Source: Felis catus
Taxonomy: Eukaryota
Direction: 5' to 3'
DNA: 64,000 nucleotides
Assembly (NCBI RefSeq): GCF_018350175.1
Contig: NC_058383.1
Location: forward strand, 26,042,001 to 26,106,000
Notes under the pieces: generated by a model
Told to the model about the DNA's origin: nothing
Databases searched by the model: none
What the model saw: only the letters and a program-made list of their open reading frames with translations
Shown here: positions 36,110-49,303 of the stretch, piece by piece
How positions within the stretch are numbered: position 1 is the first letter of the stretch
Layout: each line of letters opens with the position of its first letter
Translations under genes and position numbers: made by a program

Positions 36110-37845
36110 CTAAATAACAGAAGAGAAAACAACTATTGTTACCTTCCATGACAGTCATTAGTACTGTTTGCTAATAATTCCTTTTGGTCACATGGTAGGA
36201 CTGAAATTCCCGCTCCCGTGTGGTTTGACTGGGGCCAATATGGCTAGTTCTGGCAAGTAATTTGTGAGCAGAAGTGATGTGTGTCACTTTGCGTCATTCT
36301 AGGCTGGAGCACTGAAATGCCAGCGAGGCTCTCCGGAACTCACGGTCTTCCCTCTGGAATGGCCATCAGCAATATTTGAGACGGTTGCTGCTGTCAGCCT
36401 GGATCCCTGCATGAATGACATGACCAAAACCACCTGCCATCCACAATGGACACATAATATGAGCAAGAACTAAATCTTTGTGTTCGAAGCCACTGAGATT
36501 AGGGAGATAGGGGATGTTTGTTACTGCAGCATAACCTAACTTATTTCAACTGATATACCCTCTTTCAGTGCATTCCAAACTATCTAATTTCACTTCTCAT
36601 TGTAATAATAATAAGTGTACATACTTTTAATTGGGTGCTGAGCATGGGCAGTACACTGTGCTAAGAACCTCACTGAATCACCTTAATCTTCACAGCTTAA
36701 TGTTTAAAATTTGCTGCCATTCTTACTTTCTACAACTCTGTCATCAGGTAGATAGAATTTTTATGTCTATCTTACTGATGAGGACACTGAAGTTCAGAGA
36801 TGACACAACGTGTCCAAGGGCACACAGCTTGTGAGGGCCATGACAAAGACTGAAACTGAGGACCATCTCTTAAACCTAGTCACTTTGCCAAAGTCAATAG
36901 CTGCTGGTTTTAATAGGGCTTCAGCCCTGGTGTGCCAAGAACTGTGTACCACTAGACCAGGGGTTCTCAAAGTGTGTCCTCTGAACCAACAGCATCAGCC
37001 TCGTCTGCAAACCTGCTAGAAAGGCAAATTTTCAGGCCTCACCCTAGACCTACTGAATCAGAAACCCTGGAGACAGGACCAAGAAATCCCTTCAGGTAAT
37101 TCTGATGTATGCTGAAGGTTGAGAACCTTTGTGTTAGACTCTGAAGTTCCATGAAGGAAGGGCACTAGATCTTTCTCCGTGCCAGAAGCCCAATCTCTTG
37201 CCTAGTGCCTAGCCTGTGATACACCCTCACTGTCTACTGGATTAAGGCATCAGGAGACCTTTATTGCAGTGTAGCTTCAAGTTAAACTTGAAAACACACT
37301 CTTCTATGCTGAGAAAAATCTCATCTCAGATCAAAAAGAACTGTGTATTTCTAAGAGTTCCCATTTTCTCTTCATGCAAAGATTTTGAATATTTTGTTGA
37401 AGCTGTACTAAGGGCTGATGTATATTAAAAGACAACTAAACTCTTAAATGATCAGAAAAACACAAAGAGCAAACTTATTGGTTCAAAATGGCCCACTGAG
37501 CATACATGTCTAACCACCTCTTCATCCAAATTCTCCAGATGAGGTTGGAGAGCTGGCCAGGAGCCAGATCTCTCAGGCCATAGAAGGCAAGGGCTCTGCA
37601 ACTGATCAGTAAAGAAACTCAGTCTACATTGTACTGACCTGTTGTCATAAACACCATAAACAGGAACTGGTCAGGGAACTAGCCAGGAAGGAGCAAGGAC
37701 AACATTTGGGTTGTTTTATGCTTTGTTTATCGAAACCTTGGGGTCACCTCTAGCACAAAAAGGCATCCCCTCCCAGCCAACTAATTGCCAGAAGCACCCC
37801 CTCTACCTCCATTTGGGTGTCTGAATTACAAAAATGCACCTCTTG

Positions 37846-38060
37846 GGGCTCATGGGTGGCTCAGTCGGTTAAGCGTCCAACTTCGACTCAGGTCATGATC
37901 TCGTGGTTCACGAGTTCAAGCCCCGTGTTGGGCTCTGTGCTGACAGCTCAGAGCCTGGAGGCTACTTCAGATTCAGTGTCTCCCTCTCCTTCTGCCCCTC
38001 CCTACTTGTGCTCTCTCTCTACCTCAAAAATAAGTAAACATTAAAAGAAAAATTTTTTAA
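37846..38060 (+). mobile_element. CAN-SINE
   Basis: Head, CT tract and tail; duplication cacctctt. Confidence 0.9.
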
Positions 38061-38472
38061 TACACCTCTTTCTCCCAGCTGAGGCAGTGGCTACCAAGGC
38101 TCACAGCTTGACTAATGCAAACGCTAGATGAATTTCAGTCCCTACACAACTCATCAGCCAGGCACCCTTCTGCAGTATACAACATGAACATCTGTACATC
38201 TCATAACTGAGAAAAACTATGAAAATCCTCAGGCCAGTAGCAATTTGGAAAGGTAAGCTATTACTCTGAGCAAAAGACTGATGTACTTAATTGTATACCT
38301 GAGAGCGTTTTGGATTTTATGGCTATTAACCCACCCCATACAAACACACTTTATTCTTGAAATCCTTTCTGGAAAACAGAACTCTGGTACTCGAGCATAA
38401 CCCTCTGTAGCTCCCACCTCACTTCCCTCCCTGGAAATACAGGCTGGTGGTGGGCGTGGCAGACACACCTAC

Positions 38473-38624
38473 CGGATGAGGAGGATGTAGACTTCGCGCC
38501 TCGGCGTCTCATACCTCTCCACCAGCCTGAAGAGGGAGTAGAGGCGTGGCGTTGCCAGGTTGATGCAGGACACGAGGAAAGGCAGTAACAGCACTGCTCC
38601 AGGGTTCTGGTGGTTCTTCAGGAA
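38473..38624 (-). CDS. TMC5: TMC5 coding exon (152 nt)
   Basis: cccctgcag| FLKNHQNPGAVLLLPFLVSCINLATPRLYSLFRLVERYETPRREVYILLI |gtaggt. Confidence 0.94.
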
Positions 38625-39542
38625 CTGCAGGGGATGCAGGGAGAGAATCCAGATGCCAAACGTGCACGGAACTCCTCTCTGCCTCACGCAGAAGACCCCA
38701 CACAATGGGGAAACCCCAGTGGTAGCTCCTCCGGGGTTAGCTCTTACGCTGCCGGTTATTGAGCACTTACCCTGTGCCCAGCATTACCCACGTGATCACG
38801 TGATCACGTTTAATTCTCACTACAGCCCAGCAGGTGGGTATTAATAGACTGACTGGCAAATGGAGGCTCAGAGAGGTAAAAATGCTTGCCTGGGGTCACC
38901 GAGGCAGATTTGAACTGGGTCCATCTGACTCAGGGGCCTGAACTCAAAACAGCCATTCTGTGACTTTACTGTCCTTAGCAAGAGGTCTGCAGCAATGAGA
39001 ACGTGTTTCCTGGCTGTTGGAGCTATACCACAAGGGTATTGAGCACTGCAGACTTTCTCCGCCTGTCTCCTGCATGGCCCTATTCATTTTCACCAGGCTT
39101 TTCTTGGGTGCTGAATCAGGGGAAAGGGACCCTCTGTTAGCCCATGGCACACCTTCGTCTGAGGTCCAAAGAGGCACCCCCTTCCTTCATGTGGATGCAA
39201 CACCCTGGCACTTGGTTTGGAGTGGGGTGAAGGCTGCCCTCAGCCAGGAATCCTTGGAGTCAGGGATTCCAGTGGATTTATCTTCTGTCTCACACTACCT
39301 CCTTCCCACCCCTAGGCCTGACCCTGCCTCCCTTTATCTCTGGGTGGTTTCGAAAGCCCCACTTGCACTTTTGGAAGTATTTTTGTAGCCAGGGTAACCT
39401 GGGTTCAAATGTTGTCCCCTCTCCCATGCTTATGAGCTATAAGGTCTGAAGCCAGATGCATAGCTTCCCTGGGCCTCTTTTCCTGTCTGTGTGATGGGGA
39501 GATTATCATGTGACCCACAGAGTCACTGCAAGAATTAAATGA

Positions 39543-40010
39543 GGGGCGCCTGGGTAGCTCAGTCGATTAAGCTTCTGACTCGATTTTGGCTCAGGTCACC
39601 ATCTCATGGTTCATGAGAATGAGATCAAGCTCAGAGTCAGGCTCTGCACTGACAGCGTGAAGCCTGCCTGGGATTCTCTCTCTCCCTCTCTTTCTTCCCC
39701 TCCCCTATTCATGCACACATAAGTGCATGTTCTCTCTCTCTCTTTCTCTGTTTCTCTCTCAGTTGATGCCCTAATTAAAAACAATAAAAGAATTGGGGCG
39801 TCTGGGTGGCTCAGTCAGTTGAGCGGCAGACTTCAGCTCAGGTCATGATCTCCTGTTTGCGAGTTCGAGCCCCACGTCGGGCTTGCTGCTGTCAGCCTGT
39901 CAGCGCAGAGCCCACTTCAGATCCTCTGTCCCCCTCTCTCTGCCCCTCCCCCGCTTGCGCTTTCTCAAAAATAAATGAACATTAAAGTAAATAAATAAAA
40001 ATAAAAGAAT
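39543..40010 (+). mobile_element. Two tandem CAN-SINEs (39543-39790, 39795-40010)
   Basis: Two heads; aataaaagaattg duplicated around the second. Confidence 0.9.
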
Positions 40011-40656
40011 TGAATGAAACCAAATAAGGCCAGGTCTGGCCCCTCAACAACATAGGTGAGACATCATTCACAGAAGATTGTAGCTGCCCATGAATGTGAC
40101 CCCTAGAGTTGTACAAAGGGTTGCTCCTGCCTGGCATACAGCAGATGTTCAAACAATAGGCTCCACTTCTGCCTCCTCACCTCCTTAGCTGCCCTCCTGC
40201 ACTTCAGGTGGGTGTGGAGAAAACCTTCCAGGTGAAGAAGAAACTCAGAAGGCTTCTTTATGCCTACAGCTGCCTGGTCACAATTTCTACCCTGGGTAGG
40301 CATTGCCAGGCCCTTAAGCACTGAGACTTGATTTCCCCTATTTGAGGGCACATCTCAACATGGTTAATGGCAAACTCTTAGTGTTATATAATCCCACACC
40401 CATTTTCTTGCTGGCTTCTCCTTCACTTGTTCATCCATTTGGTTGTGCACCTACTATGTGTCAAATATTGGGCCTGGAGCCCAGCTACTATCTTTTGAAG
40501 ATACGTAAAGATACCTGCATAAACAGGTATTTTCAATACTACACATGACAAGAGCACAGGGTAAAGCTTGCAGAGTCAGGAGCGCCCAACACAGTCTCGT
40601 GAGGGTGGTGGGGGTGTGAGAAAATTTGCTGAGGAAACGGCACCATGCTGAGGTCT

Positions 40657-40747
40657 GGAGGAGGAGGAGGAGGGGGAGGAGGAGGAGGGGGAGGAGGAGG
40701 AGGGGGAGGAGGAGGAGGGGGAGGAGGAGGAGGAGGAGGAGGAGGAG
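40657..40747. repeat. (GGA)n purine repeat with 15-nt higher-order periodicity
   Basis: GGAGGAGGAGGAGGG units followed by pure GGA. Confidence 0.97.
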
Positions 40748-40996
40748 TAATTTGCCCAATGAGGGAATTAGGGCAGGTTGGGTAGAGAATGAAGTGCATG
40801 TTTTCCTACCGTGAGAAAAGGAAAAACATGGTGTGCTCAGGGAACTGTGGACACACCATTTAGTGTTGCTAATGTAGGATATGGGTAGTTGTGGGGTGTT
40901 GAAGCTAGAGATGTGGGCAGGGATCAGATCATACAAGATCTGTCGATCATGCCATGGAGGATAAATTTATATCGAGGGTAAAAATAGGAAGTCATT

Positions 40997-41220
40997 GGGG
41001 CGCCTGGGTGGTGCAGTCGGTTAAGCGTCCGACTTCAGCCAGGTCACGATCTCGCGGTCCGTGAGTTCGAGCCCCGCGTCAGGATCTGGGCTGATGGCTC
41101 AGAGCCTGGAGCCTGTTTCCGATTCTGTATCTCCCTCTCTCTCTGCCCCTCCCCCGTTCATGCTCTGTCTCTCTCTGTCCCAAAAATAAATAAACGTTGA
41201 AAAAAAAATTAAAAAAAAAA
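40997..41220 (+). mobile_element. Young feline CAN-SINE
   Basis: Full length; duplication aaaaataggaagtcatt. Confidence 0.95.
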
Positions 41221-41956
41221 ATAGGAAGTCATTAAAGCAAGTGAAATAATCCGACCAACCTGTACCACAATTCTAGAGGTCGGCAAACTGGCTACAATTA
41301 GTTCCATTTCCAGGGGAAAAGCTGAAACCTACAGAAAAACAGTACTTTGCCCAGATCATCCAGCTAATTAGTCTCAGAGTTTATATCATTTGCAAAAAAA
41401 AAAAAAAAAAAAAAAAAGGTAATATTCCTTTACTACTCACAATACTGGGCACGGAGTAGACTCTTCACATAACTTTTTTCTAGTCCTGACCACACACCTA
41501 CAAAGCCAGGTACGATCATTCCTGGTTTGCAAGTGAGGAATCCAGAGCTCAGAAAGGTTAAATGGCTCACCAGAGTCCATCAGATCACAACACTTAGAGT
41601 GTCTGCTCAGTGCCAGGGGCAGTGGGAGGTGTTAGGAATATAATAATAAAGGAAGAAACCAAAACTCAATCCCACGTCTGCTGCCCAAAGTTCCCATCTC
41701 TCCACGGACCCAGAGCTTCTTACTCTGAAGCGTGCATACACATCACCAGGGGGCATTGTCAGGATACAGATTCTGAGGCTGTGAGCCCAGGCAGGAACAC
41801 AAGATTCTGCATTTTTTCACAAGCTTCCGGCTGATACCAGTGCTGCCCGCCACAGAGTCTGAGTTCAGTAGCAGCTCCATACTGCCTCCCTCCAGTATCT
41901 CATCCCTTCACCTGGTTTTGTGCTCGGGCCCCCAGTGTCCCTGCCCCTCTGGTTAC

Positions 41957-42112
41957 CTCTGAGTTGTTCTCAGCCAGGTAATAAACAGCTACGCAGCAGG
42001 CAATGGCCACTCCAGTAGAGACGACCCAGGCTGCCAGGTGGGCCAACACGTGGATCAGCTGCTGATTGAGCGTTAACTTGACGTTCTCCTGACGGATTTC
42101 GGACAGGTTTTC
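41957..42112 (-). CDS. TMC5: TMC5 coding exon (156 nt)
   Basis: tgtgtatag| ENLSEIRQENVKLTLNQQLIHVLAHLAAWVVSTGVAIACCVAVYYLAENNSE |gtaacc. Confidence 0.93.
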
Positions 42113-42797
42113 CTATACACACAAGGAAGTCAGGTCGGCCCACAGTACCCTATCACCTGTTAGCAAAGACTCAGCAGGTGAATCTTGGCCACTCTGAGAC
42201 ACAACCCACCCCAGATCCACAGGAGAGAGAAAGGCGGAAGTTCATGATGGATGTGGACTATGAGAGACCCATGGGGAAATCTCAAATGGACCAAGAACCT
42301 CTATCACTGTGCCAAACACCTTTTCCATCTTAGAGAAACAGGCCCAACAGAGTGGGACTGTGCTCTTGAGGAAAGCACTTTGAGGTGTCAAGAAACTCTT
42401 TTTTGAAGAATAAGGCTGGGTATCTACACCAATGAATTTAACATCTTCAAACGTCTTGTCAAAGCCTCCTTGCTTACAAATTATTCTCCCTCTTTTTTTT
42501 TTTCCTATTATGTATCCCTCCACCCAAGTCCCCTCTAGCAACATCCAGTTTGTCCTCTGTATTTAAGAGTCTGGGGTTGGGTATATTTGTTTCTGGTTTT
42601 TTTTCTCTCTCTCTCTCTCTCTTCTTTCTTTTTAGTAAGTTTTTTCCTATAGACCAGGGTTTCTCACCCTCGGCATTATTAACATTTTCAGCCAGTAATT
42701 CTGTATTGTGACAACTCTCCTGTGCACAGCAGGATGTTTAGCAACATCCAGTAGCACCCTCCCCCTAACTGTGACAATAGAAAAAGTCTCTAGATAT

Positions 42798-43280
42798 GGG
42801 TGCCTGGGTGGCTCCATCAGTTAGGCATCTGACTTCAGCTAGTGTGTGGGTTCAAGCCTCACATCAAGCTCTGTGCTGACAGCTCAGAGCTTGGAGCCTG
42901 CTGCAGATTCCGTGTCTCCCTCTCTCTCTGCCTCTCCCCCGCTCATGGTCTGTGCATCTCTCTCTCTCTCAAAAATAAATAAACATTAAAAAAAAATAAA
43001 AAGTCTCCAGATATTACTATATGTCCCCTGAGGGGCAAAAACTGTTGTGAGTTGAAAAGCACTGTAGGGGCGCCTGGGTGGCTCAGCTGCTTAAGCATCC
43101 AACTTCGGCTCAGATCATGATCACATGGTTCATGGGTTCAAGTCCCACATCAGGTTCTCTGCTGTCTGTACACAGCCCATTTCAGATCCTCTGTCTCTCT
43201 CTCTCTCTGTCCTTCCCCAGCTCGCATGTGTGCTCTCTCTTTCATAAATTACATTTTTTAATTAAAAAAAAAAAAAAGAA
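42798..43280 (+). mobile_element. Two CAN-SINEs (42798-43000, 43067-43280), the first interrupting a hAT-type MER relic
   Basis: SINE heads and tails; near-duplication aaaagtctc(t/c)agatat. Confidence 0.85.
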
Positions 43281-43345
43281 AAGTTACAGACATAGTAAAG
43301 GAACTTAGCTGTGGGAAGGTGTTGTATAAAGCAAGCCTGCCTTAC

Positions 43346-43490
43346 CCTTATCTCCGTGCTAAGATTCTTCTGTTTCAACTTGACAGCTCTTTCATGAGTG
43401 ACGGTGAAGTCCCAGCAGAAAATAAGTTTAGTGATCCCTCTGGAGTAGATGTGAGGGTTAATGAAGTTGTTCCGGAAATACCTGGCCATG
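43346..43490 (-). CDS. TMC5: TMC5 coding exon (145 nt)
   Basis: cttccctag| MARYFRNNFINPHIYSRGITKLIFCWDFTVTHERAVKLKQKNLSTEIR |gtaagg. Confidence 0.95.
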
Positions 43491-43804
43491 CTAGGGAAGG
43501 CAGAAACCAAAACACTCAAGTGTTATTGAAACAGGCATTGGGGAGTGCAGGAATTAAACAAAGGGGAGTCCTACCATTAACAGGGACAGGCAACGTGGAA
43601 CAGGCAACCTCAGGTTCTACTGGAACAGTGCGATCACAAACATAATGGTTAAGAGCACTGGCTTCAAGATCTCATAGGTCTGTCTTATAATCCTGGATTG
43701 CCAGCTGGGAGATCTTTGTTATTTTAACTGCAATGAGCCTCAGTTTCCACATCTATATAATGGGGATAATAATAGTACCCACCCACAGAGTTTATATGAG
43801 AGTT

Positions 43805-44250
43805 ATATTAGTTTCCTCTAGCTGCTGTACCAAACTGTCCCAAACTTAAGTGGCTTAAAACAACACATGTCTACTTATTCTCTTACTGGAAGTCAGAAAT
43901 CAGAAAATGTTTCTAAAATCAAGGTGTCAGCAAAGCTGTGTTCATTCCTATCCTTCAGCAGGAAATGTGTTTACCTGCCTCTTCCAGCTTCTAGAGGCTG
44001 CCTGCATTCCTTGGCTGATGGTCCCTCCTGTCTTCAAAGCCAGGAGAGCTGCAGCTTCCATTCTGTCTGACCTTGACCTTCCTGCCTCCCACTTACAAGG
44101 AACCTTATGATTAACTGGCCCATTTTAAGACCCTTAACTCAGTCTCATCTACAAAGTCCCTTTTGCCAGGTAAAGTAAGATATTCACGGGTTCTGGGGAT
44201 TAGGACTTGGACATCTTTGGGAGGCGGGGGGAATTGTTCAGCCAACCACA
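43805..44250 (-). mobile_element. MaLR solo LTR (MLT1-like)
   Basis: tattagtttcct..gctgctgt..aaacttaagtggcttaaaacaaca ... gggttctggggattaggacttggacatctttgggagg. Confidence 0.8.
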
Positions 44251-44497
44251 AGAATCAATGTAGCGGTTAGAACAGTAAGCACTTGATAAAGGCAGATGCT
44301 AATATCATGGAGACGTCAGCAGGACTCAGTGAAATCAGCCGGGGAAGCACTCAGCACTGAGCCTGGCATGTAAAAAGTGCTGAGTCAATACCTTTCCAAA
44401 ATTTGCCACCACTAACAGTAGCTTTAGGAACTTTTCCTGGTTTGATAGGACAAAACGAAATCTCATTTTACTCTGAATTGTGTGCTGGCAGTGAGGA

Positions 44498-44912
44498 TGT
44501 TATAGGCTGAACTATACACCCTAAAAACTCCTATGCTGAGAGCCTAACCCCTAACCCCCTAACCTTCAGAAAGCAACAGTATTTGCAGATAGGATCTTTA
44601 TAGAGGCAATTATGTTAAAATGAGGTCATCAAGGCGGGCCCTCATCCAATATGACTGGTGTCTTTATAAGAAGAGAAGATTAGGACTCAGACATGCACTG
44701 AGAAAGACCTTGTTAGGTCACGGTGAGAAGGCAGACATCTATAAGCCACAGGGAGGCCTCGGAAGAAACCAACCCTGCCAGGACCTTGATCTTACACTTC
44801 TAGCCTCCAGAACTTGAGAAGATATATTTCTGTTGTTTAAGCAACCCTGTCTGTGGTACATTGTTATGGAAGACCGAGGAAAAGTCCTAGGAAGACCTAG
44901 GAAAACGAATAC
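44498..44912 (+). mobile_element. MaLR solo LTR (MLT1-like)
   Basis: tgttataggctgaact ... ccaatatgactggtgtctttataagaagag ... ctagcctccagaact ... ctgtggtacattgttatgg. Confidence 0.8.
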
Positions 44913-45219
44913 AAAGGTTGAACATCTGTACCTCCTCTTTGACAGTTGTCAAGGGACAATTGCCTATCCATGCCCTTCCTTCCATATAACTAGTGGGGTC
45001 ACTGCATCCCTATTTTCAGACTGACCAATTTCCTTGAAAGCACACAAAAACCTCTCTTCTTTATCCAAACTTACAGTTTGTGTTATAAAACGGGAATGCT
45101 CAGACAGCAATAGAAAGTCAAAATTGCAGAGAAACTGTTTCCTGGGGAACTTTTCAGTCTCTTGAATTTTACCTAAATCCAAAATGAGCTTAGGATCGAG
45201 AAATGCAGATACTCCATAC

Positions 45220-45371
45220 CTAAATAGCAAACTGAAAAAACAGACGATCAAACACGCTCCGATTGTGAAGATGTAGGCCAGCTGCATGTTGTAGGGTGCC
45301 CCACTGCTCCCGTGTTGGACCGTAGAGTTGGTGTAAAAGCCATAGTACATCACTGTGTCCTGAAAATAACC
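45220..45371 (-). CDS. TMC5: TMC5 coding exon (152 nt)
   Basis: ctctttcag| GYFQDTVMYYGFYTNSTVQHGSSGAPYNMQLAYIFTIGACLIVCFFSLLF |gtatgg. Confidence 0.95.
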
Positions 45372-45528
45372 CTGAAAGAGGCAAGAAGCCAGAGGTCAGG
45401 TGGGTCTCTTGAGAAAACAATGACAATGGTCAGCACCCTTCACCTTTTCCATCTGCAAGAAACTTGCATCAGTCAGTTTCGACATTTTGTTGGCAGGGCA
45501 CCCAAGGTCACTGAGAACATAGACGTTT

Positions 45529-48500
45529 GGGGGCACCTGGGTAGCTCAGTCAGTTAAGAGTCTAACTTCAGCTCCGGTCATGATCTCACAGCTCATGGGT
45601 TCAAGCCCGGCATCGGGCTCTGTGCTGACAGCTCAGAGCCTGGAGCCTGTTTCGGATTCTGGGTCTCCCTCTCTCTCTGCCCCTCCCCCACTCATGCTTT
45701 ATCTCCCTCTGTCTCCCTCTGTCTCAAAAATAAATAAACATTAAAAAAAAAAAACACAGTTGTTTTATCACTAGGCTCTTTGAGTTGGGAAAGGACTCTC
45801 AAACCCTCCTTACAGTGGAGGGACCCAGCGGTCATCACCTGAACCCAGTGACCAAGCAAAGCATGACTAAAACCAGGACAGTCAACCATGATGGGCCTCT
45901 GTCATCTTAACATGACCATGTTAAGTATTATAGTCAAACATGTTTGATATGAAACAAATCAAGCTGTTAGGTCTAAATTGCAATTTATAGGAAATACGGG
46001 CCAGAGGAACAAGTCAGAGAGACTATAAGGAAACAATTGATTCCACAAGGTAGAATGTTGGAGTTTGTATGACAACTGGCCTGGTTTCTGCAACAAGCCA
46101 ACGTCAAGAAAAGAGAGGGCTGTGTCTGGAGAGATCATTCTTTTTTTCTTATTTTTTATTTAAAAAAATTTTTTTAATGTTTTTATTTATTTTTGAGACA
46201 GAGAGAGATAAGCAGGGGAGGGGCAGAGACAGAGGGAGACACAGAATCTGAAGCAGGCTCCAGGCTCCGAGCTGTCAGCACAGAGCCTGATGCGGGGCTC
46301 AAACTCATGGACTGTAAGATCATGACCTGAGCTGAAGTTGGCTGCTTAACTGACTGAGCCACCCAGGCAACCCTGGAGAGATCATTCTAGATTAATTGCA
46401 AATTCAGAGAAAAAGCAACTGAATGCAAACTGGGGCTTTAATTGGATCCTGGTCTGAACAAACAAGCTATGAAAGACATTTTGGGGACCACTGGGAAGAT
46501 TTGAATATAGTCTGGATTTTGAATGATATTTTTAATTTTGCTAGGTGTGATAACTGCAGAAAGTGTCCTTATTTTGCAAAGATGCATGCTGAAGAAATTT
46601 GGAGTAAAATGTCCAAATGTCTTTAATTTACTGTGAAATACTTCCAAAAAATAGTAAGATAAAACAATGTGGCTAAACGTTAACAATTTAGAAACCTGCA
46701 TAGTAGGCATATGAGTGTTCATTTACTACTCTTTATTTCCTGTATGTTTGAAATTTTTCATAATAAAATGTTATATATATACAAATATAAAAAATATAGA
46801 TCAGGGTGCCTGGGGGGCTCAGTTAAACATCCAACTCTTGATCTCAGCTCAGGTCATGATCTCACGGTTCATGGGTTCGAGCCCTGCATCCAGCTCTGTG
46901 TTGATAGCATGGAGCCTTGCTTGGGATTCTCTCTCTCTCTGCCCCTCACCTGCTTGTGCTTTATCTCAAAATAAGTAAATAAACTTTAAAAAATAAAGCC
47001 CTAGGGGCACCTGGATGGCTCAGTCGGTTAAGCGTCTGATTTCGGCTCAGGTCATGATCTCGCAGTTTTTGAGTTCGAGCCCCGGATCAGGTTTTGTGCT
47101 GACAGCTCAGAGCCTGGAGCCTGCTTCAGATTCTGTGTCTCGCTCTCTCTCTCTGCCCCTCCCCTGCTCATGCTCTGTGTCTCTCTGTCTCTCAATTATA
47201 AGTAAATGTTAAAAAAAATTTTTTTTAAATAAAAATAAAAATAAAAACAAAGCCCTAAAAAATAAGTTAATTAAATTAAAAATATACATCACAACAAGGA
47301 GAATGAAAGTAAATGAGGAAGAAATTTACATAATAATAATTCTCACTTAATGCACTTAACACAAGGGAGAATTTTTAACAGAAAAAGAAATTTAAAAAGA
47401 TAAATGGGAGAACTTGATTTTGAACATTCTACTTCAAGAGTCGGCAAATTTTTTCTGTGAAGAGCTAGATAATAAATATCTGGCTTGGTAGCTATAGCAA
47501 CAACTCCACTCGGCCACCGTAGCAGGAAGGCATCACAGACACCTAAACAAATGGATGTGACCGAGTTCCAGAAGGACTTTATTTATGGACACAAATTTGA
47601 ATTTCACATATAATTTTCATGTTTCACAAAATGTCATCCCTGTTTTGATTTTTTTTCAACCATTTAAAAATGTAGAAACCAATCTTAGTTCATTGGCTGT
47701 ACAAAACTAGGTGGCAGGCCAGATTTGGCCCCAGCTATAGTTTGTCAGTCCCTGGTCTACAGAATGCTAGTGGCAGAAATCTCTTCTAGAAAGTAAACTC
47801 ACAAGGCAAGGGCTATAAGTGTCGATAGGGAGATGGGTAAACAAATTATAGCTGCTGTTAAAAAGAATACTATGGACTGGGACGCCTGGGTGGCTCAGTC
47901 GGTCAAGTGTCCGACTTTTGCTCAGGTCATGATCTCACAACTAGTGAGTTCGAGCCCTGAGTCCAGCTCTGCGCTGACAGCTCAGAGTCTGGAGCCTGCT
48001 CCGGATTCTGTTTCGCTCTCTTCTACCCCTCCCCCACTCACGCTGTCTCTTTCAAAAATAAATAAATATTTGGGGCGCCTGGGTGGCACAGTCGGTTAAG
48101 CGTCCGACTTCAGCCAGGTCACGATCTCGCGGTCCCTGAGTTCGAGCCCCGCGTCGGGCTCTGGGCTGATGGCTCGGAGCCTGGAGCCTGTTTCCGATTC
48201 TGTGTCTCCCTCTCTCTCTGACCCTCCCCCGTTCATGCTCTGTCTCTCTCTGTCCCAAAAATAAATAAACGTTGAAAAAAAAAATTTTTTTTAATAAATA
48301 AATATTTAAAAATTAAAAAAAAAAAGAGTACTGTGGATCTATATAGATGCTCAAGATACATAGTAAAACAAAAAAATGTTGCAAAAACCTGTAGTATCCT
48401 GTTTTCTTTAGGAAAGAAGGAAGAAAAACAGTGGACAAAGATAGGCTCTAAGCTAGGCCATTAGACAAGGGAAGAAGACTAATGTGGACCTTCACCTAAT

Positions 48501-48616
48501 TTTCTCTCTTTTACAGTAGCAACTTTTCCCCCCCTCTGTCTCTGCCCCTCCCCTGCTCTCTCTGTCTCTCAAAAATAAATAAACATTTTTCAAAAAATTT
48601 ACAGTAGGAACTTTTC
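45529..48616. mobile_element. Repeat-dense intron: SINEs + 45529-45755, - 46140-46373, + 46804-46995, + 47004-47270, + 47878-48065, young + 48072-48290, 5'-truncated + 48529-48597; L1M relic about 45830-46790; MER58-like about 47437-47755
   Basis: Individual SINE heads and tails are visible; older families were assigned by eye. Confidence 0.8.
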
Positions 48617-49054
48617 AAAAGGAGCATTGTATTTTGTACAAAGAAAAAGAAAAAAGAAAAAAAAGGTAGCTCTACAAACACCAATATGACATATCCACCA
48701 CAGAGCAGATGAAAGAAAGTGAGTCATAGGTGGTATATGTGATTGATTCATCTTTTGTTAAAAAACAAAAGAAAGTGGAAACAGAAGAAAGGGATGTATA
48801 TGTACACGTATATATGTGTCCGTGTGTGCACAGAAAAGGAGACGGTGAGCAACACAAACTATTGATATGATTACCTCTACAGACAGAAAGTCTCCTGTGT
48901 TGTGTATATGTTACTTTTAGGGAAAAAAAGAAACACATTTCAAAGTCCCACTTTGCCTATCAGTTGACTCCCAGGCAAAATGAGGGGTCTGGAAGGTATG
49001 TCTGGGGGTTTCTGAGGTGGTGGATTTCCAGGTGGGGGGAAATGGAGAACTTAC

Positions 49055-49303
49055 CGCCCCGGTGAAAAATTCCAATCCGGTGAATTGGAGGGTGTTCTTT
49101 TCAGGCACAGTAAACTGAGGGATGATGATGAAGCTGAAGGTCACGATGAACGAGAAAATGTTGAACTTCAAAAGCCACCTCAGAAAGTTAAAATAGGAGA
49201 GGACGCTCGTTCCAAACTTGCCTCCAATGACCTTGAACGTCTTCTGCCATAGGCTGATGTAACTGAGCAGTTCTGACAGGCTGTTCTTAGATCTACGGTA
49301 AGC
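49055..49303 (-). CDS. TMC5: TMC5 coding exon (249 nt)
   Basis: taccccag| AYRRSKNSLSELLSYISLWQKTFKVIGGKFGTSVLSYFNFLRWLLKFN...FTGLEFFTGA |gtaagt; FG..V.SYF.FLRW motif. Confidence 0.96.

Noticed and set aside
40454..40936. Poly-Pro, poly-Arg and poly-Leu ORFs
   Set aside because: Reading frames across the (GGA)n microsatellite; no splice or homology support
44542..44564. cctaacccctaaccccctaacc telomere-like repeat
   Set aside because: Three imperfect units inside an MLT1 LTR; local slippage rather than an interstitial telomere
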